A DNA stretch of 37,992 bases from Patescibacteria group bacterium (GCA_040290225.1 PSMS01000003.1:1-37992); one strand, 5' to 3'. Positions 27,806 to 37,492 are shown, numbered from the stretch's first letter. A program made the numbers and translations. The notes: generated by a model not told the origin, from the sequence alone.

Positions 27806-28416
27806 TGAATATAAATTTAGATATGGATATTAAAACCGCAAAAAAAATATTTGAAAAAATTTACGAAGATATAGATGGTTATTCTATTTCTAATGAAGAT
27901 AAAAGAAGATTAGAATTATTTAGTTCAGAATTTACTTATGGTGAAATAGATTTTGATTCATTTATTTGGTTAATGGAAAAAGTCGAAGTTAAAAAAGATG
28001 ATATATTTTATGATTTAGGATCAGGCACAGGTAAACCAACAATTTCTACTGCTTTAGTTTTTGAACCATTTAAATCAGTTGGTATTGAAATTCTCCCAGG
28101 ACTTTATAATACTTCTCTTTTAATTAAAGAAAGTTTGAAAAAATACATTAGCCCACTTCCTCATATTGAATTTAAATTAGGTGATATTTTTAAAGAAGAT
28201 TTTAGTGAAGCAACTGTGGTTTTTGTTCAGTTAACTTGTTTTGATGAAAATAAAGTAAGTGATTTAGAAAAAAAATTTTTATTACTTAAACCCTATTCTC
28301 GGATTATTACTATTACTAAAAATTTAAAAAATGAAGTTTTCGAGCAAATAGAATCAGGAAGTATAAAAATGGGTTGGGGAACTGGTACTTATTATCTTTA
28401 TTTGAAAAAATTTTAA
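27805..28416 (+). CDS. Class I SAM-dependent methyltransferase, DOT1-like
   Basis: FTYGE, FYDLGSGTGK, SVGIE, GDIF and a C-terminal MGWG. Confidence 0.8.
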   Translation: MNINLDMDIKTAKKIFEKIYEDIDGYSISNEDKRRLELFSSEFTYGEIDFDSFIWLMEKVEVKKDDIFYDLGSGTGKPTISTALVFEPFKSVGIEILPGLYNTSLLIKESLKKYISPLPHIEFKLGDIFKEDFSEATVVFVQLTCFDENKVSDLEKKFLLLKPYSRIITITKNLKNEVFEQIESGSIKMGWGTGTYYLYLKKF

Positions 28417-28436
28417 GAATTTTTATAATTTTTATT

Positions 28437-29633
28437 ATGATGAATTCAAACATAAAAACCCAAAATAAGAAAAACGTTATTTATTTAGGATTGACATCTC
28501 TTTTTGTTGATATAAGTTCCGAAATGATTTTTACAGTTATGCCGATATTTTTGAAAAATGTTTTAGGAGCAAGTTATGCTATTGTCGGATTTATTGATGG
28601 TATTTCTGAAATAACTGCTAATATTTTAAAGTATGTTTCTGGAGAGATATCTGATTTTATTCAAAAAAGAAAACTTTTAACAATTATTGGTTATTCATTT
28701 TCAGCAATTTCCAAAATATTTTTTGCTTTAGCTAATTCTTGGCCATTTGTGTTAGTTTTCAGGGTTTTTGATCGAGTTGGGAAGGGAATAAGAACTTCTC
28801 CAAGAGATGCTTTAATTAAAGAATCAGTCCCAGCGGAAGAGACAGGTAAATGGTTTGGTTTTCATAGATCAATGGACACAGCAGGAGCTTTTATTGGGGT
28901 TTTTCTAAGCATTGTTATTTTATATTATTTAACTAATTTTCAACATTTTAATTTAGAAAAAACAATCAGAACAATTTTATTTTTTTCAGTTATTCCTGCT
29001 TTTATTGGTATTATCTTTTTGTTTTTAGTCAAAGAGCCAAAATCAACAGAATTAACAACAAAGAAAAACTTATTTGAATTTAAATCATTTTCAAAAAATT
29101 ATTATCTTCTTATACTTATTTTTTCTTTATTTTCATTAGGAAATATTAGTTATTCATTTTATTTATTAAAAGCTCAAACTTTAATTCAATCAATTTATTT
29201 TTTACCAATTCTTTATCTTATCTATAATCTTTTTTATATGCTTTCTTCTTATCCGGCGGGCAAATTATCTGATAAAATTGGTAGAGAAAAGGTTTTAATT
29301 TTTGGTTTTTTACTTTTATTTTTTGTTTTACTTTTTATGGCTTATCTTAATTCTTTAATTTTGCTTTTTCCTATTTTTGCTTTTTTGGGAATTACTGCTG
29401 GAATTTATGACGGAACTAGTAAAGCATTTATTTCTGATTTAATTAAAAAAGAAGTTTCTGGTGGGGCTTTTGGATTTTATTATATGATTACCGGAATTTG
29501 TACTTTAATTGGCAATAGTTTATTTGGTTTTATTTGGGATAAAATTGGTAACCAAGTTTCCTTTTTAATTTCAGCAATAATTATTTTAATAGCAACCTTA
29601 ACTTTTTTCTTTTTGAGAAATAGATTAAAATAA
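28437..29633 (+). CDS. MFS transporter (start moved to the ATG at 28437)
   Basis: About 12 hydrophobic helices; DISSEMI, DRVGKGIRTSPRDA and GKLSDKIGR motifs. Confidence 0.92.
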   Translation: MMNSNIKTQNKKNVIYLGLTSLFVDISSEMIFTVMPIFLKNVLGASYAIVGFIDGISEITANILKYVSGEISDFIQKRKLLTIIGYSFSAISKIFFALANSWPFVLVFRVFDRVGKGIRTSPRDALIKESVPAEETGKWFGFHRSMDTAGAFIGVFLSIVILYYLTNFQHFNLEKTIRTILFFSVIPAFIGIIFLFLVKEPKSTELTTKKNLFEFKSFSKNYYLLILIFSLFSLGNISYSFYLLKAQTLIQSIYFLPILYLIYNLFYMLSSYPAGKLSDKIGREKVLIFGFLLLFFVLLFMAYLNSLILLFPIFAFLGITAGIYDGTSKAFISDLIKKEVSGGAFGFYYMITGICTLIGNSLFGFIWDKIGNQVSFLISAIIILIATLTFFFLRNRLK

Positions 29634-29640
29634 AAAATCT

Positions 29641-31158
29641 ATGATTGATTTTAAAAATAAAAAAATTTTGATATTTGGTTTAGGAAGATTGGGTGGCGGA
29701 ATTTCATCGACTAAATGGTTTTATCAAAATGGAGCGAAATTGAGAATAACTGATTTAAAAACAAAAAAAGAACTTCAGGACTCAATTGAAAAATTAAAAA
29801 ATATAAAAGCAAAATATATTTTAGGAAAACATAGAAAAGAAGATTTTGATTGGGCTGATATTATTGTTGTTAACCCTGCGATTAGTTATAAAAATGAATT
29901 TGTTAAATACGCAAAAGAAAAAGGCAAAGAAGTTGTTAACGATTGTTATTTATTTTTTAAATATGCCCAAGGTGAAATAATTGCTCTTACCGGAACAAGA
30001 GGAAAAACAACAACGACAACTTGGATTTATGAACTATTAAAGGCAATCCACGGATATACACGGATTTTTACGCGGATAAATGCGGATATTGACGCAGATA
30101 AACGCGAATATCGAAGGCAAGAAACGCGGATTGATATTGATGGATTTAAAGAAATAATTATTGGAGGTAATCAACCTGATAAAAGTTTATTAAAAATTAT
30201 AAAGAGGGGAAGAAAAAATTCTTTGTTTGTGCTAGAGCTTTCTTCTTTTCAGCTTGAATTTTATGAAAAAAATTTAAAAGCACCAAAGATTGCCATTATT
30301 ACAAATATTTATAATGATCATTTAAATAGATATGAAAGTTTTGAAGAATATGCTTTAACTAAAGCAAAAATTTTTCAAAATCAAACCGAAAATGATTACT
30401 TAATTTTAAATTATGATAATGAATGGACAAAATTTTTATTAAATTTAAAACCAAAAAGCAAGGTTTATTTTGTTTCTTTCAAAAATCTGCCAAAAAATTT
30501 AAAAGGAATTTTTCTTAAAAATAATTATTTATTTATACGCGATCAAAAACTTGAAAAATTATTTAACATTAAGAAATTTAGAAAAATTTATGGTGATCAC
30601 AATGTTTACAATTTAATGTTTGCTTTATTAGCGATTTATTTGTATTTAAAGAATATAAATTTAGTTAAAAAATTAAAAAGCAAAATTTATTCTCTTTCAT
30701 TACCTCCATTTCGTGAGCAAATTATCTATCAATCAAAAAATTTGATAGTTATTAATGATTCAGCAGCAACTTCGCCTGAGGCAACAATTTCTGCTATTGT
30801 TAGATTTTCAAAATTAACAAAAAATTTAATTTTAATATCAGGTGGAACTGATAAAAATTTAAATTTTAATGGCTTAGCCAAAATAATAAAACAAAAAATT
30901 AAAAAAGAAAATTTAATTTTATTTAATGGAAGTGCCACAAAGAAATTAATTAATGAGTTGGAAAAAATAAATTATAAAATTTTGGAAGAAAATATTTTTG
31001 AAAACTTAAAAGATTGTCTTGAAAAAGCACTTAAAATAAAAAAGCAAAAATCAATTATTCTTTTTTCTCCTGGAGCAGCTAGTTTTGAAAAATTCAAAAA
31101 CGAATTTGATCGCGGAAAGAAATTTAATAAAATTGTTAAATCATTATTAAAGATTTAG
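29641..31158 (+). CDS. murD: UDP-N-acetylmuramoyl-L-alanine:D-glutamate ligase with a ~30-aa insertion
   Basis: GLGRLGGG, TGTRGKTTTT, LELSSFQL, DHLNRY, NDSAAT and SPGAASF..FKNEFDRG. Confidence 0.93.
   Translation: MIDFKNKKILIFGLGRLGGGISSTKWFYQNGAKLRITDLKTKKELQDSIEKLKNIKAKYILGKHRKEDFDWADIIVVNPAISYKNEFVKYAKEKGKEVVNDCYLFFKYAQGEIIALTGTRGKTTTTTWIYELLKAIHGYTRIFTRINADIDADKREYRRQETRIDIDGFKEIIIGGNQPDKSLLKIIKRGRKNSLFVLELSSFQLEFYEKNLKAPKIAIITNIYNDHLNRYESFEEYALTKAKIFQNQTENDYLILNYDNEWTKFLLNLKPKSKVYFVSFKNLPKNLKGIFLKNNYLFIRDQKLEKLFNIKKFRKIYGDHNVYNLMFALLAIYLYLKNINLVKKLKSKIYSLSLPPFREQIIYQSKNLIVINDSAATSPEATISAIVRFSKLTKNLILISGGTDKNLNFNGLAKIIKQKIKKENLILFNGSATKKLINELEKINYKILEENIFENLKDCLEKALKIKKQKSIILFSPGAASFEKFKNEFDRGKKFNKIVKSLLKI
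30043..30145 (+). repeat. Degenerate ~10-bp-period A(CG)CGGAT repeat tract inserted in frame in murD
   Basis: ACGGAT 30050, ACGGAT 30060, ACGCGGAT 30070, ATGCGGAT 30080, ACGCAGAT 30092, ACGCGAAT 30102 and ACGCGGAT 30124. Confidence 0.8.
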
Positions 31159-31261
31159 GTTTTCGTCTTAAATTTTTATATTTTTCTAAAACTTGATTTA
31201 TTTCTAAAAGCAAATTAAAATTGTTAGAGTGGGTCATTAATTAAATTATAAATTTTATAAA

Positions 31262-32000
31262 ATGGATAAACAATTAAAATATTCAATTATTGCCGGGATT
31301 TTTCTTTTGGTTGGTGCTACTTATTGGTATGTTTATAATTATTCCTATAATATTCAATGTTACGTCCTATAGAACATTTGTAGTTAATGGTGAAGGAAAG
31401 GTCAATGCTATTCCTAATGTTTTTGTTTTTAATGTTGGTCTTATCAGTGAGGGAACAGATTTATCTAATCTTCAAAGAGAAAATTCTGAAAAAATGAATA
31501 AAATCATTAACTATTTTAAAAATGAAGGCGTTGAAAGCAAAGATATCGAAACTATACAATATAATTTAAGTCCTAAATATGATAAAGACGGAAAAAATAT
31601 TATTGGTTATCGAATTGAGCAAACTGTTTCTGTTAAAGTGAGAAATTTAGAAAAAGTTAGTAAATTATTAAAAGGCGCTATTGAAAATGGGGCAAATTAT
31701 GTTAATAATCTTAATTTTACTTTTGATGACGAGACAAAATTAAAACTTGAAAATGAAGCTCGCGAAAAAGCAATTAAAGAAGCAAAAGAAAAAGCCCTGG
31801 CTATTGCTAAATCAGCTGGTTTTAAATTAGGAAGATTAGTTACAGTTTATGAATTTACTCCTCCTTTTTATGAAATACCACCAGTTAAGTCAATAGGATT
31901 CGGAGGTGAGGGTGGGATTATGGGATTACCAGAGCCTAAAGTTGAACCAGGAAGTAAAGAAATTAAAGTTCAGATAAATTTGACTTACGAGATTAAATAG
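31262..32000 (+). CDS. SIMPL (DUF541) domain protein with an apparent +1 frameshift near 31358
   Basis: VNGEGKV.AIP, AREKAIKEAKEKA and VEPGSKEI motifs. The ATG at 31262 encodes a plausible N-terminal TM segment in a different frame from the domain. Confidence 0.8.
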
Positions 32001-32379
32001 TTTTAATAAAAATTTCTCTTTCTCTTGGACCGTCAAATTCAATTAAAATTACTCTTTGCCAGGTTCCTAAAAATAGGTTTTTGTTTTCAAAAGGTAAAAG
32101 TAAAGAAATACCGACAAGGGAAGAAAGAAAATGATCAGGAAAATGTTCAGGATTATGTGGATGGCGATATTTTAATTTGGGAGTTAAATTTTCAAAAGCA
32201 TCGAGATAGTCTAAATCAGTTCCTGGATCTAAATCAGCAGTTGTTAAAGCACAAGTTGTATGTAAAGCAAAAAGAAAAACTAAACCACTTTTAATTTCTT
32301 GTTTTTCCAAAAATTTATTAATTTCCTCTGTTATATCAACAATTTCTTTTTTCCTTTTCGTTTTAATTTTGATTATCAT
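31993..32379 (-). CDS. yjbQ: YjbQ/UPF0047 family protein
   Basis: DIT, HTTCAL, YRH, DH and LGTWQRVILIEFDGPRER. Confidence 0.93.
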   Translation of the reverse strand: MIIKIKTKRKKEIVDITEEINKFLEKQEIKSGLVFLFALHTTCALTTADLDPGTDLDYLDAFENLTPKLKYRHPHNPEHFPDHFLSSLVGISLLLPFENKNLFLGTWQRVILIEFDGPREREIFIKTI

Positions 32380-32477
32380 TATTTTAATTATAAATAAAAA
32401 TAATGTTTTCCACTCTTTAGTTTTTGATAATATTTAAATTTCCTGGTATAATTTGAATGATTAAAAAATAGGTAATA

Positions 32478-33008
32478 ATGAAAAAATTGATAATTTTGAT
32501 TTTGGGCTTTTTATTGCTTCAAGGAGTTTGGTCTGCTTTTACTAAAGAAGATTTAGAAAGAGAAGTTAATGAGGGAAAAGAGATTTATGAAAAATTAAAG
32601 AAAAAAGAAATAAGTTGTGCAGATTTAACAAAGGAAAATTTTGCTTCTTTAGGAGAATATTTTATGGATTTGATGGTTGGCAATCGTGATAGTCATTTAG
32701 CAATGAATTTAATGATGAAAAATATGCATGGTGAAGATGGAGAAGAATTAATGCATATTAATATGGGTAAGAGATTTTCTGGATGTGATACTTCAACTAA
32801 TTTTTCTTTGCCGATGATGGGTGATCAATTTGATAGAATGCCAATGATGAATTTCTTTTATTGGTCAGGTTGGAAATTTTTAGGACCGGTTTTTGTATTT
32901 TTGGGAATAATTTGGTTTTTAGTGATTTTATCTATGCCTATTTTAGTTTTAGTTTTATTAATTGTTGCTATTCTTTATTTAATTAAAAAATTAAAAAGGC
33001 CGGATTAG
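32478..33008 (+). CDS. Secreted, membrane-anchored Met/His-rich hypothetical protein in the copper cluster
   Basis: Signal peptide; LGEYFM..HLAMNLMM..MHINMGKRFSGC; C-terminal TM helices. Confidence 0.75.
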   Translation: MKKLIILILGFLLLQGVWSAFTKEDLEREVNEGKEIYEKLKKKEISCADLTKENFASLGEYFMDLMVGNRDSHLAMNLMMKNMHGEDGEELMHINMGKRFSGCDTSTNFSLPMMGDQFDRMPMMNFFYWSGWKFLGPVFVFLGIIWFLVILSMPILVLVLLIVAILYLIKKLKRPD

Positions 33009-33024
33009 AAAAATTTTTTAAAAA

Positions 33025-33178
33025 ATGGATAACAAAATTATTAATTGGGTTTTAAGAGTAGCAATTTTTGGAGAATTTTTTGGTCACGGAATTTTTGCTT
33101 TGCAAGGTAAGAAAGCTTGGCTTGGATGGATTGAGCAAATTAGGTTGGCCCAAGAATTTAAAAGAATGGTTTAAATAA
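33025..33178 (+). pseudogene. Internally deleted DoxX-like membrane protein gene
   Basis: MDNKIINWVLRVAIFGEFFGHGIFALQGKKAWLGWIEQ is joined out of frame to LGWPKNLKEWFK*, whose TAA overlaps the next ATG (TAATG). Confidence 0.7.
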
Positions 33179-34251
33179 TGGTTATTGAGATAAACAAAGA
33201 AGATAAAAAATATTATCAGTGCGAAAAGTGTGGTTTTTATTATGAAACGAAGGAATTAGCAGAAGAATGCGAAAATTACTGCAAAGAAAATAAAAGCTGT
33301 AATGTAGAGATAACTAAAAAAGCAGTGGGAAGGGAAGAAATAAAGACAAGTAAAAATTTGAATTTAAGTAGTTTAATTTTAGGTTTAATTTTAGGTTCAT
33401 TATTAATTTTTGCTTTTTCTAAATTACCAATTCAAACAAAAATTAACCAAAATAAAATAAATCAACAAAATTCTCAATTGCAAAATTTAATCTTAGAGGT
33501 TCAAAATCAGGTTTTTCCTCCTAAGGGATTTCAAACAAGATTAGCTTTCGGTGATGCTTTTAAAAAAATGATTGATTGCGGTGTTGTTGATTTAGAGAAA
33601 ATGAAAAAATTGTATAATGGAAAAATCCCAGATTATATTCAAAAATTGATTAATGGATCAAATGAACCAATAGTTATTAATTTTGATACTGCTAATTATC
33701 TTTTGAACATTTTTTGGCCATTAGGATTATCTAATAAAACTGAATTTAATAAAAATATTCCTTTCAGTAAAGATCAGCTTCCTTATTTAGCTTCAACTGG
33801 TGGTTGGTGGTTAGGTAAAGAAGATAATGGGGCAGTTTATTTTAATAAATGTGAAATTATAAAACTTAGCAAAGAACAGGAAGATTTAGTTTATGAAGTT
33901 GCTCAAAATACTTTTCGTCCATGTTGTAATAATTCAACCTTTGCTCAAGATTGCAACCATGGTTCAGCTTTATTAGGAGCTTTAGAACTTGCTGCCAGTC
34001 AAGGATATACAAAAGATGAACTTTACAAATTAGCAGTTCAACTTAATTCTTATTGGTTTCCTCAAGAATATTTAAAAATAGCTACTTATTTTAAGTTAAT
34101 CGAAGGCAAGGATTGGAATCAGGTTGATCCCAAATTAATTATGTCAGCTAATTATTCATCAATTTCTGGCTATATGGAAAATGTTGAGAAAAAATTAGCA
34201 AATTTAAATATTCAAGGATTTCAGATTGGTGGCAGTGGTTGTGGATTATAG
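33178..34251 (+). CDS. Cys-rich membrane-anchored hypothetical protein, probably metal-binding
   Basis: N-terminal YQCEKCG..CENYC..SC Zn-finger-like segment; TM helix; RPCCNNS..DCNHG; C-terminal GSGCGL. Confidence 0.8.
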   Translation: MVIEINKEDKKYYQCEKCGFYYETKELAEECENYCKENKSCNVEITKKAVGREEIKTSKNLNLSSLILGLILGSLLIFAFSKLPIQTKINQNKINQQNSQLQNLILEVQNQVFPPKGFQTRLAFGDAFKKMIDCGVVDLEKMKKLYNGKIPDYIQKLINGSNEPIVINFDTANYLLNIFWPLGLSNKTEFNKNIPFSKDQLPYLASTGGWWLGKEDNGAVYFNKCEIIKLSKEQEDLVYEVAQNTFRPCCNNSTFAQDCNHGSALLGALELAASQGYTKDELYKLAVQLNSYWFPQEYLKIATYFKLIEGKDWNQVDPKLIMSANYSSISGYMENVEKKLANLNIQGFQIGGSGCGL

Positions 34252-34279
34252 ATTATTAAAAAATTATTAAAAAATTAAA

Positions 34280-34882
34280 ATGAATAGATTTTTTGTTTTA
34301 ATTATTTTATTATTTTTAGGTTTTGTTGGTTTTATTAGTTATAAATATTATTTAGTTTTAAAAGAAAATGAAAATCTTAAAGAAATTTTAAAAGATTTAG
34401 GAGAGCTTACTGGGATCGATAATTATGGTTCTTTGCACCTTCATGCTGATATAAAAATTTTTATTAACGGAAAAGAGTTAGTAATTTACAGGCCTGAAAA
34501 CTTTGAGAAAAATAAATTTGTACATTTTCACGAAACAACAGATCCCTCAAAACCGAACGAAAATGTTATTCACATTCATGCTAAAGGAATTACTTTAAAA
34601 CAATTTTTAAATACTTTAAATATTAAATTAAATAATAATTGTTTAACTGTTGATAATATTAATTATTGTAATAATGAAGAAAATAAATTAAAAGTCTATG
34701 TAAATAATAAAAAATTGGATGACTACGAAAATTATCTAATTAAGGATTTAGATAGAATTTTAATAAGCTATGGTCCGGATAATAAGAATAGAATTAATGA
34801 AGAATTAAATAAGGTCGGAAATTACTCAAAATTACATAGCAGTAAATTTAATTTTGAGTGTAACGAAGAACTAGGTTGCTAA
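34280..34882 (+). CDS. Membrane-anchored protein with three HxH motifs
   Basis: HLHAD, HFHE and HIHA after an N-terminal TM helix. Confidence 0.75.
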   Translation: MNRFFVLIILLFLGFVGFISYKYYLVLKENENLKEILKDLGELTGIDNYGSLHLHADIKIFINGKELVIYRPENFEKNKFVHFHETTDPSKPNENVIHIHAKGITLKQFLNTLNIKLNNNCLTVDNINYCNNEENKLKVYVNNKKLDDYENYLIKDLDRILISYGPDNKNRINEELNKVGNYSKLHSSKFNFECNEELGC

Positions 34883-34883
34883 A

Positions 34884-35360
34884 ATGAAAGAAAAAAGTTT
34901 TTTAATTGGAATAGTCTTTAGTATTATTTTAATTTCTGGTTTTATTTATTTTCTTTCTCAAAAACCTCTATCAAGTGAATTTTCCAAAGTTAAGGCAACA
35001 GTTTATTATCAGCAAAATTGTAATTGCTGTAAAGAATATATTGGTTATCTAAGATCATCAGGATTTAAAGTTGAAACCAAAATTTTAAGTTTAGAAGAAT
35101 TGGAGCAATTGAAGAAGAATTTGGGTTTAAGTGAAGATTTATATTCTTGTCATACTGTAATTATTGATAAATATTTTGTTGAAGGACATGTTCCTCTTGG
35201 GGCAATTAAAAAATTATTAAATGAAAAACCAGATATTGATGGAATTGCTTTACCTGGTATGCCCTCTGGTTCACCCGGAATGTCAGGATTTAAAATTTCT
35301 CCATTTAAAATTCATTCAGTAAAAGATGGCAAAGATCAAGGAATATTTATTGAGATATAA
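34884..35360 (+). CDS. DUF411 (CopG-like) metal-binding protein
   Basis: CNCC, SCHT, VEGHVP and LPGMPSGSPGM. Confidence 0.9.
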   Translation: MKEKSFLIGIVFSIILISGFIYFLSQKPLSSEFSKVKATVYYQQNCNCCKEYIGYLRSSGFKVETKILSLEELEQLKKNLGLSEDLYSCHTVIIDKYFVEGHVPLGAIKKLLNEKPDIDGIALPGMPSGSPGMSGFKISPFKIHSVKDGKDQGIFIEI

Positions 35361-35386
35361 GCTTTTGATGCTTTTATAATTTAATT

Positions 35387-37477
35387 ATGGAAACAAAAAA
35401 GAAATATATTTGTCCAATGGAATGTGTTGAACCTAAAGATGAACCAGGAAATTGTCCGATTTGTGGGATGAAACTTGTTGTGGTTGAGGAAAAAGATAAT
35501 CATAGAAAACATAAAGAAAAAGAAGAAATTGATAAACATTATAAACATCGAGCTGAAGATTTTTTAAAAAAGTTTTGGTTTTCTTTAATTTTAACTATTC
35601 CAATTTTTTTATTTTCTGATTTTTTTCAAGATTTAACTGGAATTAAAATTTTTCAATTTCAGGGCAGAGAATATTTAATTTTGATTTTTGGTTCAATTGT
35701 CTTTTTTTATGGAGGGTTTGTTTTTCTAAAAGGTTCTTTAAGGGAGCTAAAAGCAAAAAATCCTGGAATGATGACTTTAATTGGTCTTGCAATTTCTTCA
35801 GCCTATATTTATAGCAGTTTAGGAATTATTTTTAAAATTGGTTATGACTTTTTCTGGGAACTAACAAGCTTAATAACAGTTATGCTTTTGGGGCATTATT
35901 TTGAGATGAAATCAGTTTCTTTTGCCCAAAGAGCTCTACAAGAAATTGAAAAATTATTACCTGATAAAACTGAAAGAGTAATTAATGATAAAATTGAACT
36001 CGTTAATTTAGATGAGTTAAAAGTTAATGAGATTGTTTTGGTCCGTCCCGGAGGGAAAATTCCAGCTGATGGTATTGTTATTGAAGGAAGATCAGAAGTT
36101 AATGAAAGTATGATTACTGGAGAAAGTAACCCTGTTTTAAAAGAAATTGGATCAGAAGTTATTGCTGGAACAATTAATGGTGATGGAATGTTGAAAATTA
36201 AAATTACCAAAATTGGTGAAGAAACATTTCTGGCGGGAATAAAAAGATTAATTTTAGAAGCACAAAAATCTAAGTCAAAATTACAAGTTTTAGCTGATGT
36301 TTTTGCTAAATATTTAACTTTTATCGCTATTTTTGTTGGTACATTAAGTTTTATTTTATGGTTAATTGTTCAAAAAGATTTATCTTTTGCTTTAGAAAGG
36401 TTGGTAACAGTTTTAATTGTTGCTTGCCCGCATGCTTTAGGGTTAGCAGTTCCCTTAGTTGTTGCTATTTCAACTTCATTAGCAGTTCATAATGGTTTTT
36501 TAATTAAAAATAGATTGCAATTAGAACTTGCCCGAAAAATTGATGTTGTTTTATTTGATAAAACTGGTACTTTGACTAGCGGTAAATTTGTCGTAAAACA
36601 AATTATTAAATTGGCTAATTTCTCAGAAAAAGAAATTTTACAAATAGCAGGTTCTTTGAATCAATATTCCCATCATTTTATTGCTCAAGGAATTTTAGAA
36701 AAAACAAAAGAAGAAAAAATAGAGTTTCTTAATGTGGAAAATTTTGAAAATTTAAAAGGATTAGGAGTTACTGGAATTATTAATGGCAAAAGATATTATG
36801 TTGGCGGTGATAATTTATTGAAAAATTTAAATCTTGAATCTCCTCAAATTGAAACAATTGGTACAGTTGCCTATGTTATAGAAGAAAATAAACTTTTAGG
36901 AGCAATTATTTTAGAAGATGAAATTAGAAAAGAAGCTTTTGAGGCAATAGAAAAATTACATTCGATGGGAATAAAAATAGCAATGATAACGGGTGATAAA
37001 AAAGAAGTTGCAGAAAAAGTAGCTCAAAAATTGAAGATTGATGAATATTTTGTGCAAGTTTTACCAGAAGAAAAGCTTAATAAAGTTAAAGAATTGCAAA
37101 AAAGAGGATTAAAAGTTATGATGGTTGGCGATGGAATTAATGATGCTCCAGCACTGATGCAAGCCGATGTTGGGGTTGCTATTGGTGCTGGTACTAATGT
37201 TGCTATTGAATCAGCAGGAATAATTTTAATTAGAAATGATCCCAGAGATATTGTTAAAATAATTGAACTTTCAAGATTGACTTATAAAAAAATGATTCAA
37301 AACTTATTTTGGGCAACAGGCTATAATGTAATTACTATTCCACTGGCAGCTGGAATTTTGGCTTTTAAAGGAATTTTACTTTCTCCACTACTTGCAGCAG
37401 TTTTTATGAGTTTAAGCACAATAATTGTTAGTATTAATGCAATGTTGATGTTTCGAAATAAAAAGCTAAATAAATAA
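35387..37477 (+). CDS. copB: Copper-translocating P1B-type ATPase (CPH subtype, CopB-like)
   Basis: TGES, CPHALGL, DKTGTLT, GDGINDAPAL, YN and MSLST; N-terminal YICPM..CPICGM plus a His-rich segment. Confidence 0.93.
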   Translation: METKKKYICPMECVEPKDEPGNCPICGMKLVVVEEKDNHRKHKEKEEIDKHYKHRAEDFLKKFWFSLILTIPIFLFSDFFQDLTGIKIFQFQGREYLILIFGSIVFFYGGFVFLKGSLRELKAKNPGMMTLIGLAISSAYIYSSLGIIFKIGYDFFWELTSLITVMLLGHYFEMKSVSFAQRALQEIEKLLPDKTERVINDKIELVNLDELKVNEIVLVRPGGKIPADGIVIEGRSEVNESMITGESNPVLKEIGSEVIAGTINGDGMLKIKITKIGEETFLAGIKRLILEAQKSKSKLQVLADVFAKYLTFIAIFVGTLSFILWLIVQKDLSFALERLVTVLIVACPHALGLAVPLVVAISTSLAVHNGFLIKNRLQLELARKIDVVLFDKTGTLTSGKFVVKQIIKLANFSEKEILQIAGSLNQYSHHFIAQGILEKTKEEKIEFLNVENFENLKGLGVTGIINGKRYYVGGDNLLKNLNLESPQIETIGTVAYVIEENKLLGAIILEDEIRKEAFEAIEKLHSMGIKIAMITGDKKEVAEKVAQKLKIDEYFVQVLPEEKLNKVKELQKRGLKVMMVGDGINDAPALMQADVGVAIGAGTNVAIESAGIILIRNDPRDIVKIIELSRLTYKKMIQNLFWATGYNVITIPLAAGILAFKGILLSPLLAAVFMSLSTIIVSINAMLMFRNKKLNK

Positions 37478-37492
37478 TTAGAAAATATTCGG

